DNA of 64,000 bases from Phoronis australis (lineage: Eukaryota > Animalia > Phoronida), in NCBI GenBank assembly GCA_002633005.1, contig NMRA01000033.1, positions 274,238-338,237 of the forward strand, in the 5' to 3' direction. Under the pieces are notes generated by a model, which did no database searches, was not told where the DNA came from, and worked only from the letters and a program-made list of their open reading frames with translations. The position numbers and the translations under genes were made by a program. This document shows positions 38,528 through 50,957 of the stretch, in pieces. Positions within the stretch are counted from its first letter, which is position 1; each line of letters begins with the position of its first letter.

Positions 38528-39824
38528 CCCCCCCCAAACTGGCCTAAAAGGGCTGCAACAGCGATGTCAATTTGCTTGGTATCAGTCGTGTTTAGTCACA
38601 TACTTGTGCTTGATCAGCTGTTCCATGTCAACTGCACCTTGTGTAAATGTGGCTTCAATCAGTTTTGAAGGTGTAACTTCAACCAGAGCTAATGGGGCTT
38701 TAAAAAAATACAAAAATTTTATGCTGTCAGTGTTGAATTAACGTTTCATTTGTTTATCCAGTTCAGTTGATTTTTTGAAGTATCTTCGACAGAACTTAAG
38801 ACTTTTTACATACTTATGAAAAATCACTGAGAAAAATCAACTGAAGCAGAAAGTGACTTAGATACATTATAGACAACTTGCTACTTTCAAAAATCAAATC
38901 CTCCATTCAACTACCACATCTCCACACCAAGTAAATGAAAGACATGTACCAAACCTAATAAAACAAGCCAGTCTCTACAGTAAAACATTCATTAATCTTA
39001 TTTGAATTATACAGTGCCATCTATTGGGTAGGTTTTTAAACCCCTCTTCCATATTCATTGAGATTTCATGGCAAATCATCACGTTATTTGTAGTACACAA
39101 TTTATCCAATAGGTGTCTGTACATGTATCATAACAACAAGCACAAGGCAAGAATTCCAACAGCAGGATATCGAGGAGTTGATCGTCTTTTATAAGTTTTT
39201 ACATTATTAATTTGTCAACAAAATATTTTCAAATAAACTCTTAAAAGTGAAGAAAATCTGTTTCATTGCAGGTGCATAACAAGCCGTGACTAATATAAAT
39301 TTTACAGGGGCCAATCTATGTGAAAACCATGTTTCCAAAAAGGAACCACTTATACAGCACCTACAAAAGTCCAACAAGCAAACTAACTGCTAAAAATTGT
39401 CTCAGATGGGAAGAATTTCTAGCATTCCAAAAAACTGACACTGACTAAAGTATACATAAAATGACATGTTATGACAAGCCAAGTCACAAGCAATAGCAAC
39501 TTTGTCAATTCTTCCCAAGCCTTAGGATTGAAATTTGACTAAGAAGCAATTGGAGACCAATTCCTTGACTCTTAAGCTGGGTTTACACTGAGAGACAGCT
39601 GTCCGGGAGCAACTTAACATGGAACAGCTGATCAGGAGCAAGTGTATGTGTGAGTATGAACATGACATGAGCAAGTGGCGGCCATTTTTGACACGGGTTC
39701 GAGAGGTATAGTTTGTTGCACTTGATCAGTTGCTCCAAATTCAACTACACGTCTAAACACAACAGGGGCAGGGCGGAAAGGGGTAATCTTTCAATGTGCT
39801 TGAGCAATAGTATAGACACACTCA

Positions 39825-39870
<46 letters not shown>

Positions 39871-40379
39871 CACACACACACACACGTGCATTTCATGTGG
39901 TTTGGGCATTTGCTACTGTTTATGCATGCATGCCCTGACAGTTTAAATGATTAAAGGCTGGTTTATAGCTGCTTTGAGCATTGCAGATATAAGAATCAAA
40001 AGCTAATACATAATAATGATAAAAACAAGATTTGCTTAGCAGGAAAAACATGCTGAATACATGCGTCTCTGGCTTGGGGTATGGATAATTTTAGGATCAC
40101 ATGTCCTGAACACATCCACTACCACAAGAAACTAGAGGAACACAGCATTTATCCACCTTCAGTCTAAAAGGCTTCTATTGTGAGTCAGCATGCGTGAATA
40201 ATTGGCTGATAAGCCACCTATGGAACTACTTTTGGCTGAATGGATGACCAGGCCGTAAAATGATAATTAGCCAAGACCTTGCTGCATGGAACAGTTAAAT
40301 ACCTTCATGGCAATTTTGAAAGTGTGGGCATCTTCTGCTAGTCTATCGCCAAAAGTGTTTTAAAAAAACTTGGTTTACC
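38528..40379 (+). repeat. Duplicated block, copy B (contains family-A MITE 39575-39950 with (CA)n)
   Basis: Begins immediately after an N-gap and matches 35182-37416. Confidence 0.9.
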
Positions 40380-41237
40380 TTGTTAAATTACGATCATTTT
40401 TCAAAAAAATGTGCAGAAATCCCAGGGCGAAAACTTGCCGACTGATACGTTAATGAATCGCGATCGTTGATAGGAAAACTTGATTTCTTGAATGAAAACA
40501 CAGTTTCGACTCAACAAATTACCTGAAATCCTCCTTGTGTTTTACAATTTTTAAAGTTCATGTGGAGTCCAGATTAATTGCGATTAAGTCCAAATGTGCG
40601 CTACATCGTACCCCACAACACAAGAAAAATCTCTGGGTGAACACAATGTTGTTGTCACGTGACGTTTGTTTTGAAGTTCGTCAGTGTATGAGAGTGAGTG
40701 AGCGAGCGCGTGCGGGTCATCGACAACAGACTTTGTTACAAAAGGCGGAGGATTATGCAAGAAACTGGCGTTTATTAGATTGTTTTTCGCTTAAACGGCT
40801 GCAATGTGCAAGGTGAGAGCTGGTTAACTCACACATGTTGTGTGCACAGGCTGACGGTCGTTAGCTCAACCATGGAGTATAACATTAATAATCCTAGGCT
40901 CGATTTAGGCTCTACATGGGTGACGAGCTGAGCTATTCGGGCTGTGTGAAATTTCTGGGTCTAATGGAGACACTGACGCAGTGGTACCTATAGTTAGCTA
41001 GCTCACTGTATCAAGACTATCGTCAAAATCCAAATTCATTTTATCGTGTCCGTTAATAATAACGGCATGCTAAACTTTCTTAATGTTCATACTTCAGGAA
41101 CATAACAATCACGTGTTTTGTATACATATGCGCACGCTGCAGATCACATCTCGGAAATTTCCGATTTGACGGATGACAATGGAATGAGCACAATGAAATT
41201 AAACGTTGTTTTACAGCTTGCAAGAGCTATAATAAAC

Positions 41238-41721
41238 ATATTTTGAATACTGCAATGCATGTGTTCCAAAATCTAAATAACATACAGAGTACTTCTATAT
41301 AATCCTAACTTGGGTCCTATATTTTTGTATTCGTGCGTGCCGAATGAAAGTAATCGTGAGTGTTGCTGTGTTGCTCAATCTCTTATTCTGGGCCGATTTG
41401 AAAAATTCAAAGTTGTAACAACATTTTTTTCTCTCCTCTTTTCAAATATTACACCCAAAACTTTGTAAAACGCTCTCCATAAAAAATACGGTTATCTAGG
41501 CTAGATTGTAATCAGCTGATCGTATCCGCATGAGCGAAGCCAATTATCCTCGCTCGTGACTCGATGAATAGAGCAGCTAAGCGGGATCCCTTTGATCGTG
41601 AGCTGAGCGCGTCACAGCCAAGGTGGATAAATACGGTCTAGTTCAATTGGCCAAACCCCACCGTTTTCCCTGATCGGCGGGGTTTGGAGCAATCTTATTT
41701 AGTGGGAATGTTTATGGCATG
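41238..41721 (+). repeat. Dispersed repeat, unclassified (copy 2); may be the 3' part of a larger insertion starting near 40380
   Basis: Homologous to 31960-32417. GC-rich hairpin near the 3' end (about 41653-41686). Confidence 0.8.
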
Positions 41722-43329
41722 ACACCCAGTATCATTGGGGCATAAACCTTTTAATAACACTGTGCTTGCTCAACTTGAGATAACTAAAGCGGATTAAAAT
41801 TGTTTCGGCAATCAGTCATGCATTATTTTACTTGTAACAAGGCTAACAATATGCAATGCACTCAGATTCCAAAACAATCTTGTTCAGACTAGATGATAAA
41901 AATCTAAACAATATCTTGGCTGCCTGCAGTTCATTTACACCTCCCTAAGTAGTCACCAATGCTTTGAAGCTGCAAGTTGTCATGATGCACAAAAGGCTTT
42001 TAAAAAGCAAGACTTGCGTGATTTTCATTTAAAACCTCTTAAGTAGCTAAAAAGAAAATATTTCAAAAACTGAATAGTGTTTCTGAGATCTCATCTTTAA
42101 CATTTAAATCCAATAAATCTTGGTCACGTTATTGATATCGATGTATTGCTATCTGTGCTCCTTTCTTTTTTGCTAAATTTTCTAATTTACTAAAAGGACA
42201 TCGTCACGTAACCCAGTTTCCGAAAGACTGACAAAATGTAAAAAATTAAATTCTTCGGAATTTTTACTTTCTGAAAATATGTTCTCTTTTACCGATTTAA
42301 ATTATTGATTCTGACTAGAAGTGCCCACCCCCCAGAAGAGAATAAGCGCTCAACACAGCCTTAAGTGCTCTCTCTGGTGTACAAACAAGCTTAATTCAGA
42401 AAAGAAAGATACCTTTAGTTCCAGAACTAGAGAGCTAATTACTCTCACTGACGATCAGAAACGTGAAACTTCAAGAACTAATAACATGAAAAGAAAAAGC
42501 TAACAAAAATGTAGTTTTGACTGGGATGAGTAAAATGCACTTGCTGTTTACCTAGCAATCCGTAACAAAATGTGTTGTGCATATAGACATTAGTGGAGCC
42601 ATGCTGTAAGTTCAAAGACTACTTCATGAAGAATGACGCGTTTCTAATGTTTTTTGCACGCTTATTTCCAGCTATAACCAACCTAGCAACACAGAAGCAG
42701 CACAGATTCACTTACCATTAGCGGGTGGAGTTATTTTTATGTCAACGGGTAACTTCAATTAGTGATGCTAAAACAAACCTTTGAACTAAAACGGGATTCA
42801 TTTGGCATCTTATCTGTTTCATTTTTTATCAAGTTAGAGAACAATTTAATTTTGCTTAGTACACTAACAGAAAATGAGTGACCAACGATCGACCAACAAG
42901 TGACCAACAAGTGACCAACGTATTTCTTTTTTGAACGGCTACATAAGACTGGTCAAAGGAATCCCAGTAATGCAACACTACGCCATCTTGTAAATCAAAA
43001 TTTCTGAAGCTCATTTATTGTCATAGACTGAGGAATTAGCCAACACAGTTAAACCTTTAAAAACTGCTTTTACAGCACCTAGTGTTTCGTCAATAGATAT
43101 GTACAATTTGGTCTGTCCTGAAGAGCCCCGTTTATTAGGGATTTTGATAACAGCTTTGATTGTGTGATGGCTTCACAGTGGCTTAAATCAATATCTGGAC
43201 TAGCCTGGTTTTAGAAATCGTTGTCCTCTGGAGTTGAAACTGAACAAGAAGTTTTTATAAAGCATTGCTAATAGGATGTGACACAAAACCAGCACCTCAC
43301 CATAATGTATTTCGGCTGAAATTATAGAA

Positions 43330-46220
43330 CTGTAAACCTTCGGGTGAACGCCTACTCACATAAGCACCCCCCAACTTTTGAAAATTTTCGATAAGCGCCC
43401 GCCGGTGCGCTAAGCACCCCCCACCTATTGTTGAAAAATTTCAGTTGAGTGCCAACTATTGAAGCCTGACCGCTCACCCACATTTTCACAATCAGTGAAA
43501 GGTGCGATATCAAATACAGGAACTGAAACAATTTCCTATAAATCAAATAACTGTGCAATGATAGGCATGTTTTCTGAAATTAATTGCAATTGTGTAATAC
43601 GTATTGTATGTAGGAAAACTGTGTCAAGTTTTAAAGCTGCAGTGACAAAGAAGTTGGAACCAGTATAATTACACTCAGTCAGCAAGAGCCACTGGCAATC
43701 AAAGTCAAAATACCAAATGATTTCTCTTTTCAAAAGTACAACTTAAATGATCATGATTTTGCCCTTGCCTAGTAAATTAACATGTAGCCATAGATAATCT
43801 TATTCCTGTGTTATGTATCGATTATACATTTCATTGACAGGAGACACTTTTATTCTGTTAATAGCTCGCTAGTAAAAAGTGCCGATTGTTGGCAATCACA
43901 AGTTCACTCTATCGTGATAAGTTATTGTTTTGTAGGATGAAATACTAAAAATGCTGTGCAGATTAGTCACAGGTATGTGCCCAACCTGAAATGTGCTAAG
44001 GCTCAATTTCACCTGTTGGAGGTGCTTAAAATTTGAACATTATCCATTCAGTTAATGGCACTATGATTGTCTTACAATGATGGACACTTAAAACAACAAA
44101 AGGTCACCACTGTCAATAGACAAGAAATTAGGTCATTGTTTTTCAAGCTTTGTCAAGTTATAGACTACTGAAATTCACTTGAAGAGATGTATCTAACTTG
44201 AGTGATACTATTTTTATAATTAGGGTTGACAGAGTTTTTTATGTTTTGGGGATTCCCCTAAAGTAATCAAGGCATTTCAAATGAATACTGCATTGTATGA
44301 ACACCGGCGATACAAAAAACTGGACATCGAACTATGACAAGTTTCGATGTACAAGTGTACGGCTACATATTCATTTCATTACCATAAAAGTCAGCTGTTT
44401 TAATTTTGCCTAAACTCTGTTCAAAAGTCTAACATTTTTTGCACCCAATTGTTTAACGCAATTCCATCAACACATAAGTACTGCACTTACAGCTTTTAAT
44501 GGTAATCCCAATGTGTTCTTGCAGGGATTGTTGTTCAGTACACCAAAACACATTTTTTGTAACCAGTTGCTATACATAGAGAATCGGTATCATTCTGCTG
44601 CCACAAGTTTGTAGTATAATACTAGCGCACTATAGAATAGTACTGGATTAGTCATTGGAGTTAGTAATATAATACTAGCAGACTATAGAATAGTACTGGA
44701 TTAGTCAGCGGAGTTAGTAATATGATACTGGTAAACAATAGGATAGTACTGGATTAGTCATTGGAGTTAGTAGTATAATACTAGTAGACTGTAGAATAGT
44801 CCTGGATTAGTCAGCGCAGTTAGTAATATAATACTGGTAAACAATAGGATAGTACTGGATTAGTCATTGGAGTTAGTAGTATAATACTAGTAGACTAAAG
44901 GATAGTACTGGATTAGTCAGCGGAGTTAGTAATATAATAGTGGTAAACTATAGGATAGTACTGGATTAGTCATTGGAGTTAGTAGTATAATACTAGTAGA
45001 CTTTACGGTAGTGCTGGATTAGTCAGCAGAGTTAGTATAATGCTAGTAGGCTATAGAATAGTACTGGATTATTCAGCGCAGTTAGTAATATAATACTGGT
45101 AAACTATAGGATAGTACTGGATTAGTCATTGGAGTTAGTAGTATAATACTAGTAGACTATAGAATAGTACTGGATTAGTCAGCGCAGTTAGTAATATAAT
45201 ACTGGTAAACTATAGGATAGTGCTGGATTAGTCATTGGAGTTAGTAGTATAATACTAGTAGACTATAGGATAGTACTGGATTAGTCAGCGCAGTTAGTAA
45301 TATAATACTGGTAAACTATAGGATAGTACTGGATTAGTGAGCAGAGTTAGTATAATACTAGTAGACTATAGGATAGTACTGGATTAGTCATTGGAGTTAG
45401 TAGTATAATACTAGTAGACTATAGAATAGTACTGGATTAGTCAGCGCAGTAAGTAATATAATACTGGTAAACTATAGGATAGTACTGGATTAGTGAGCAG
45501 AGTTAGTATAATACTAGTAGACTATAGGATAGTACTGGATTAGTCAGTGGAGTTAGTAGCATAATACTAGCAGACTATAGGATAGTGCTGGATTAGTCAG
45601 CCGCACTTGAATCTCGCAGTATTTACTCGTAAACCTACAACTGTGCAACATCCATCAAGCAGTTCTCACGCCATCAGAGTTTCTCATGTTATTTACTGGG
45701 CCTTGCTATTCTCATAATCTTCTCAATTGCATTAACTGCATTCGACTTTCCAATGCCAACGAAGTTTAATTACTAGTATGCGGTATGTTGCAACATTGAC
45801 CACAGAAAGTTGGATAAACTTGAGAAATTACATAATCTGTGGATGCAATATTTTCCAACATGATTCCAAGAATCCCCTCAATATTTCTAAAACGAGGCCA
45901 GTATAACAGCACATTTCCCTACCGCCAAGACAAAATAGATTTCTATACCGGACCGTCCTATTGATCTGTTACATTGCCAATGTCTGTGGGGACCAGAGAA
46001 AATGCTGTGCTTGAAACTATTACAACATTATGTGGACCAGCCTTCATTCTCACCAAATGGATATCAATTGCGTTTCAGACGGAAATCAACAGAAACTTAC
46101 TAGCTCATTTCACAGTACCTTTTACTTCATTAATAGATTCATACAAGAGCTATTGTGATGAAGCTGTAAAGTTGGGGATGGGCGGTTCGGTGAACATGGG
46201 TGTTATCCTGAACGTTACGG
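43330..46220. mobile_element. Old Tc2/pogo-like element containing a satellite array
   Basis: Left end CTGTAAACCTTCGGGTGAACGCC with TAAGC(A/G)CCC motifs. Right end ...GGGTGTTATCCTGAACGTTACGG-TA. Both resemble the TIR of 3728-5516. Confidence 0.5.
44612..45600. repeat. 53-bp satellite, ~19 monomers, with alternating A/B (106-bp) higher-order structure
   Basis: GGATTAGTCA recurs every 53 bp (some 50 bp). Monomers alternate ...ACTGGTAAAC...CATTGGAGT and ...ACTAGTAGAC...CAGCGCAGT. Confidence 0.95.
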
Positions 46221-46496
46221 TAATATCAAGAACTCTGATCCAAGATCCCTTTTGTGTGGAGCNNNNNNNNNNNNNNNNNNNNNNNNNNNNNNNNNNNNNN
46301 NNNNNNNNNNNNNNNNNNNNNNNNNNNNNNNNNNNNNNNNNNNNNNNNNNNNNNNNNNNNNNNNNNNNNNNNNNNNNNNNNNNNNNNNNNNNNNNNNNNN
46401 NNNNNNNNNNNNNNNNNNNNNNNNNNNNNNNNNNNNNNNNNNNNNNNNNNNNNNNNNNNNNNNNNNNNNNNNNNNNNNNNNNNNNNNNNNNNNNNN

Positions 46497-46755
46497 ACGA
46501 TAACGCTCTTTGAAAAGTGCTACGCGCTCCGAGTAGGCCTACGACTACGTGTGTGGTGTGGGTACTTAGATCACGAGGTAAGATTAACCGCCCAGGGTGC
46601 TTGTCTGTCGTAATAAGCGCCCATGTTCGGTTAACCGCCCACCCTGGATTTTTTGAAGTTTCACGTTTAAGCGCCCATGTCTGGTTAACCGCCCACCCCC
46701 GATATTTTGGGTTTGCCAATTTAACCGCTCAGGGCGTTAACCCGAACATTTACGG
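46497..46755 (+). mobile_element. Right end of a Tc2-like element (same family as 3728-5516), truncated by gap
   Basis: Highly similar to about 5298-5516. Ends CCCGAACATTTACGG-TA. Confidence 0.85.
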
Positions 46756-46782
46756 TAAGTGTTTATAGTAGGCCTATATCAC

Positions 46783-46892
46783 AGACACACGCACAGGCAC
46801 ACTCATACTAACTTACACACACACAAACACACACGCACACACACACACACACGCACACACACACACACGCACACACACACACACACACACAC
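46783..46892. repeat. (CA)n microsatellite
   Basis: Imperfect CA run. Confidence 0.9.
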
Positions 46893-48559
46893 GGCAGTAA
46901 CACCCAGAACATCAGGATGCAGCTTCATTCTAGATACCAAAGGGACTCAGCAATGACCTGTGCAGTAACCTAATTGCTAGCAAAGAAACTAAACTCTAAT
47001 TAGGACCAACATGAGTTATCAAACAACACCACTGGGAATAGTATTAGTCACTGATTCATCTGAAACATGCAATATATTTCAACAACCGTGATGCTGATCT
47101 CAGGGGTAAACACAACTGCCGGAAACTTTCTGTGAAAACCTGTACTGTATAGGGTAAAACTTCATCAATTTTGTACAAAAATGCCCTTTGTCATTTTGAA
47201 GGGCTTCTATCATGTTTGTGAATGCCCTCATTTTTTCAAAACTTTGTTGGGAGCTGTGGTTCAAAACTTGAACATGGAAAATCATTTAATTTTGCGCAGC
47301 ATATGTAAATAAAAAATTAAGACTTGTTAGCCATATTGTGTCTTAAACTGGTGAGATTATACAATAATTAACAGGAGTTAGCGAGGTGTAACGTAATCTT
47401 GCTAGCGTCAAATTGAGGTCATTAAAAAGCAAAGGCACAAAGTATAAAGCGTAACATCGTATTTGTTAGTAGTGATTTGGAGTAAGCTTAGGTTAAAATC
47501 TGAAGAAAAAATTAGCAGCTAGGCCCAATAACATTACAATACTGCTGGCAAAAGTTTCAGAATGACTTCTTTTCTACTGCAACAAATGTGTGTCAGTGTT
47601 GCTTAAAAAAATGATACTAAACCCTGTTTTGATGATTTTAGCTAATCCCTGTTCTGTCACCTGATAATGCATCATTGGCGACCATCTTGAAAGATAAAAG
47701 CACCAATCAACTAAAAACTTTTACTTCCTATGTCACAGATTGGATATAATGGTTCTTGGTGAGGAGTCTTGCCCCCACAGTTGCTTGTAATTCGCTATAA
47801 GTGTAGGTCAGGCTTGTCAGCTCAGCAGACTTCGAAAGGAGTTTTCAAATTTTCTTCCAAATTTTTGAAGCTTGCCAAGGATTATAGAGCATTATTTTGG
47901 ATCAGGGAATAGGATGGAAATGTTGTTTTTAATATCTGTTAATACGCCAAAACAAGGTTTGGCATCCTTTTAATAATAGAGGCCCGAAGTGTGTCCAAGT
48001 ATGACAGCTAACAATACAAGACTGGATTGGTCAGTCAGTAAGCTGTATACCCCTTTTAATATATCAAACAGAAGGTACTGTCATCAACTTGAAGACAGTA
48101 CAGTGGTAGCAAGGCTCGTGCCGTTTCATTGATATTTCATTTTGGTGATGCAACATAATGCCAAGAGACAACAGAACAATACAATGCTCCAATTACCACA
48201 ATGTCAAGAGTGTCTACTTATAATGAGACATTACCTGACATAATTTTCTCATCTCAATGGTAACAGAGATCATTAAATTTTGCTAAATATCACGTATGGA
48301 TTTTTTTTGATACGATACTGGACATTAACTTTCACAACTTCGAACATCCATGAGAGTAATTTACCATCTGGACACATTAATAATAACATACATTCAAGTT
48401 GGAATAAGGGCAGAAATTTAACAGCAAAGGAGAAAACCTCTATTATGGTATGTTAAGACTGCAAATTGTCCCTTAAGGCAGAACTGATGATCATTTGCTT
48501 ATCACAGAGATTAGTCTGCTCATCTGAGCATGAATTGCACAAAAACAAGTTGGTATATA

Positions 48560-48895
48560 AATAGGTAAATAAAACAACAAGAATGGATCAACATTACTGA
48601 AATTTTCGGATATGATAACGTCCTTTGTCAACAGAAACAGAAATAAAGTAAAATCAAACACTATATGACAATTGACATTTAAGATGTGGCGTAATGAATA
48701 TGATACATTTTTGCGTAAAAAATTCAATGATATAATTTAAGAAGTTTTTATGTTTAATGCATGAGGCTCTAGTGTATTGAGCTTGTCTATCCAATATTGT
48801 TCTCTTTGAGTCTGTGAGGGGTACTGGGGTGTTGGAGTTTTTCTATTATTTGTATAGAAAGATCTTGAATATTATAGTTGGTCAAATGCAATAAG
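48560..48895 (-). mobile_element. Penelope-like retroelement 3' remnant (GIY-YIG endonuclease C-terminus plus 3' UTR)
   Basis: About 48889-48748 translates, with one frameshift, to HLTNYNIQDLSIQIIEKLQHPSTPHRL/REQYWIDKLNTLEPHALNIK. This matches the PLE GIY-YIG signature DL.+.+IE...R..RE..WI..L.TL.P.GLN. It may extend to about 49075. Confidence 0.75.
48597..48634 (-). ncRNA. Minimal type-I hammerhead ribozyme, U3-A8 core variant, in the PLE 3' UTR
   Basis: Minus strand reads CUG-UUGACAA-A-GGA-cguuaucaua-UCC-GAA-AAUU-U^CAG: stem I CUG/CAG, stem II GGA/UCC, palindromic AAUU stem III. It lies ~110 nt downstream of the GIY-YIG remnant. Confidence 0.55.
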
Positions 48896-50683
48896 CTGCA
48901 CTACCCTGCATTCAAAATGTGGGGGTAAATTGTCACCGATGTCAAGTTGCATTGGGATGTCCCTTTACACCAAGGATGTGTTGCTCTACTCTCACTTGTT
49001 TCCCAGATGCCTTTAACTTATTAATAATTTGCCACAGTGCAATAAGAAATTCCCTTCAAAAAGGTATTTTTTAAATTGAACTCATGGTCATGTTTTTCAA
49101 ACTACTGAAACATTTGGTCATTAAAAATATCGAGACGGTTCCCGAAATCAAATTGTACTGAACATTTTGTGAGTAGAGTGCACTGCCATCACTAATTATC
49201 ATTAAAGTTTGCATGCTCTAAGTTACAATTAAATGACTGGTATAAAACTAGCAGAAAAAACATATTTTTGTATGGCATGTTTGAAAATAAGCAAAATTAT
49301 GCACCTCAAATAGATTTCTAAGCAAATGAACCAATATCTGTCATTTGACAGTTCATGATACAATGACTGACACCAGTCGGAAAGAAGTACTAGTTAGGCT
49401 TATCCGAAAGGATATAATAGCGAAGTAATTAGATGAAGCAAAAATCAAGACAATTTGTAATTAACAAATTGCTGTCATTACTGGAGTTTGCGTAATTCAT
49501 TATTAATTTACAACATCGCCCAATCACGAAGGGAAGTCAAGTACACATACATGAATATTTCATCCATCCATTTTTCTTGGCCAAACAAGTGATTACTGAA
49601 TCACAGGAGCAACATAAACCTCACTTCAACAAACGCAAACAACTACCATAGCTGAAAGAAATATACACACCCTTTGCAAGAGATACACTGGGCTGGGTGA
49701 AATTTAACTGTACTCTAAGCATAATCTCTTTGATTAACATTGTACATAATCCATTCTACTACCACATCAATCAAATTTTTAACATGATCTATTGCTAATA
49801 TGTTGAAACTACATTCATGGCTGCTTTTGTCAGTCATTAGTCTTCCATCAGTCAGCTTACAGCTTAAACACCAAAAGTGGGATTGAATTCACCATCTTGT
49901 CAGATATTAGTATGATTGTCATGTCTAAGGTCTGCTAGATGTACAACCAGGGAAATCTGCACAGCATAAGGACATTAGAAATTTGGGGGGAGGGGGACCC
50001 TTCATCAATACTTAGTACTTCAACAATAAATTAGTACAAAAGAAGCTGTCAACAAGAAGCCTGGTTATAAGAAGCCCTGATCTACGGACCTTTTGGGTGG
50101 AGCAGATCAATTATTGCATCAGCAAATATTTCATCACAATAAAACACTCCCGCTAAAACAAATTGATATACATTAGCGTATTAAAACTGGTGATTTCGAA
50201 CTGTTTGACTTCTGAGATTCCTTGTGAATAGTTAGGCTAGAATCATTTTTTCTCAAATAAATAAGATAAAATTTAGCTGAAATTGACGTGTTAGGTTTTG
50301 GTTCTCTGGTACCTGTTTTTAAATAATGTTTGACCCACAGATGATAATTGGCATGCAAGTCATGATACCAGACAAAATACTACAGGACTACTGAACAATG
50401 AATTCGATTGATATCAAAACTTAGTCCAAACTGCTGCCCTCTGGTGTTGAAACCAAACAGGGTTTTTTTGTAAAGCACAATACGGGTTTCCTTTAAGTAC
50501 AACCAGAAACGTATTGTCGGATGAAAAAAACACATTCTTCATCTTTTTCCATTCTCGTAACTCCTGAGTGAGATAGATGTACAAGGAAATCAATGAACAC
50601 ATGGCTCTGACCACAGACTGGTTGATTATCCATACAAAATCCTCTATTCCCCCAAATAATGTCTGAACTTTTAAAAAACTTAC

Positions 50684-50957
50684 CTATTGTGAATATACAT
50701 CCTTCCATTTTCAGTCGACATTTCCGACGAATTAGCTCCGGCGACTCTGTGACGGATGAGTATAGGTCACCAGCTTGCGAACTAAACAATCCACCATGGC
50801 GAGTCATAGTTAGATCCTCTGACTGCACCCTAGTGGTGCGACGGAAGTTACGGTTACGTCTCCTCAAGTAAATAGGAGATGACACAAGAGGCGAGTCAAA
50901 TAACTCCCTTTCCTGTTGGTCATCGAAGGTAAACTCTGTTGTCATGCTACCGACCAT
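50684..50957 (-). CDS. First coding exon (91 codons + 1 nt), PDE1-like N-terminus (Ca2+/calmodulin-dependent cyclic nucleotide phosphodiesterase 1)
   Basis: ATG at 50957 (GCTATGG) and perfect donor ATAG|GTAAGT at 50684/50683, phase 1. The exon end RRKCRLKMEGCIFTI resembles, from memory, the human PDE1C long-isoform first exon end KKCRSATFSIDGYSFTI. No catalytic exons are in the window, so the family call is tentative. Confidence 0.6.

Noticed and set aside
36382-38547. Long ORFs containing X runs (also near 46000-46700 and 61250-62190)
   Set aside because: Artefacts of N-gaps, CA microsatellites and transposon ends.
42716-42767. 52-nt segment with strong acceptor and donor on the minus strand
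   Set aside because: Stops in all three frames; at most a non-coding or poison exon, with no support.
44612-45600. CRISPR-like appearance of regular repeats (also 8586-8738 and 34049-34475)
   Set aside because: Units are contiguous with no unique spacers, there are no cas genes, and the context is eukaryotic.
50493-50683. C-terminal part of the 154-aa ORF
   Set aside because: Lies past a consensus splice donor; interpreted as intron.
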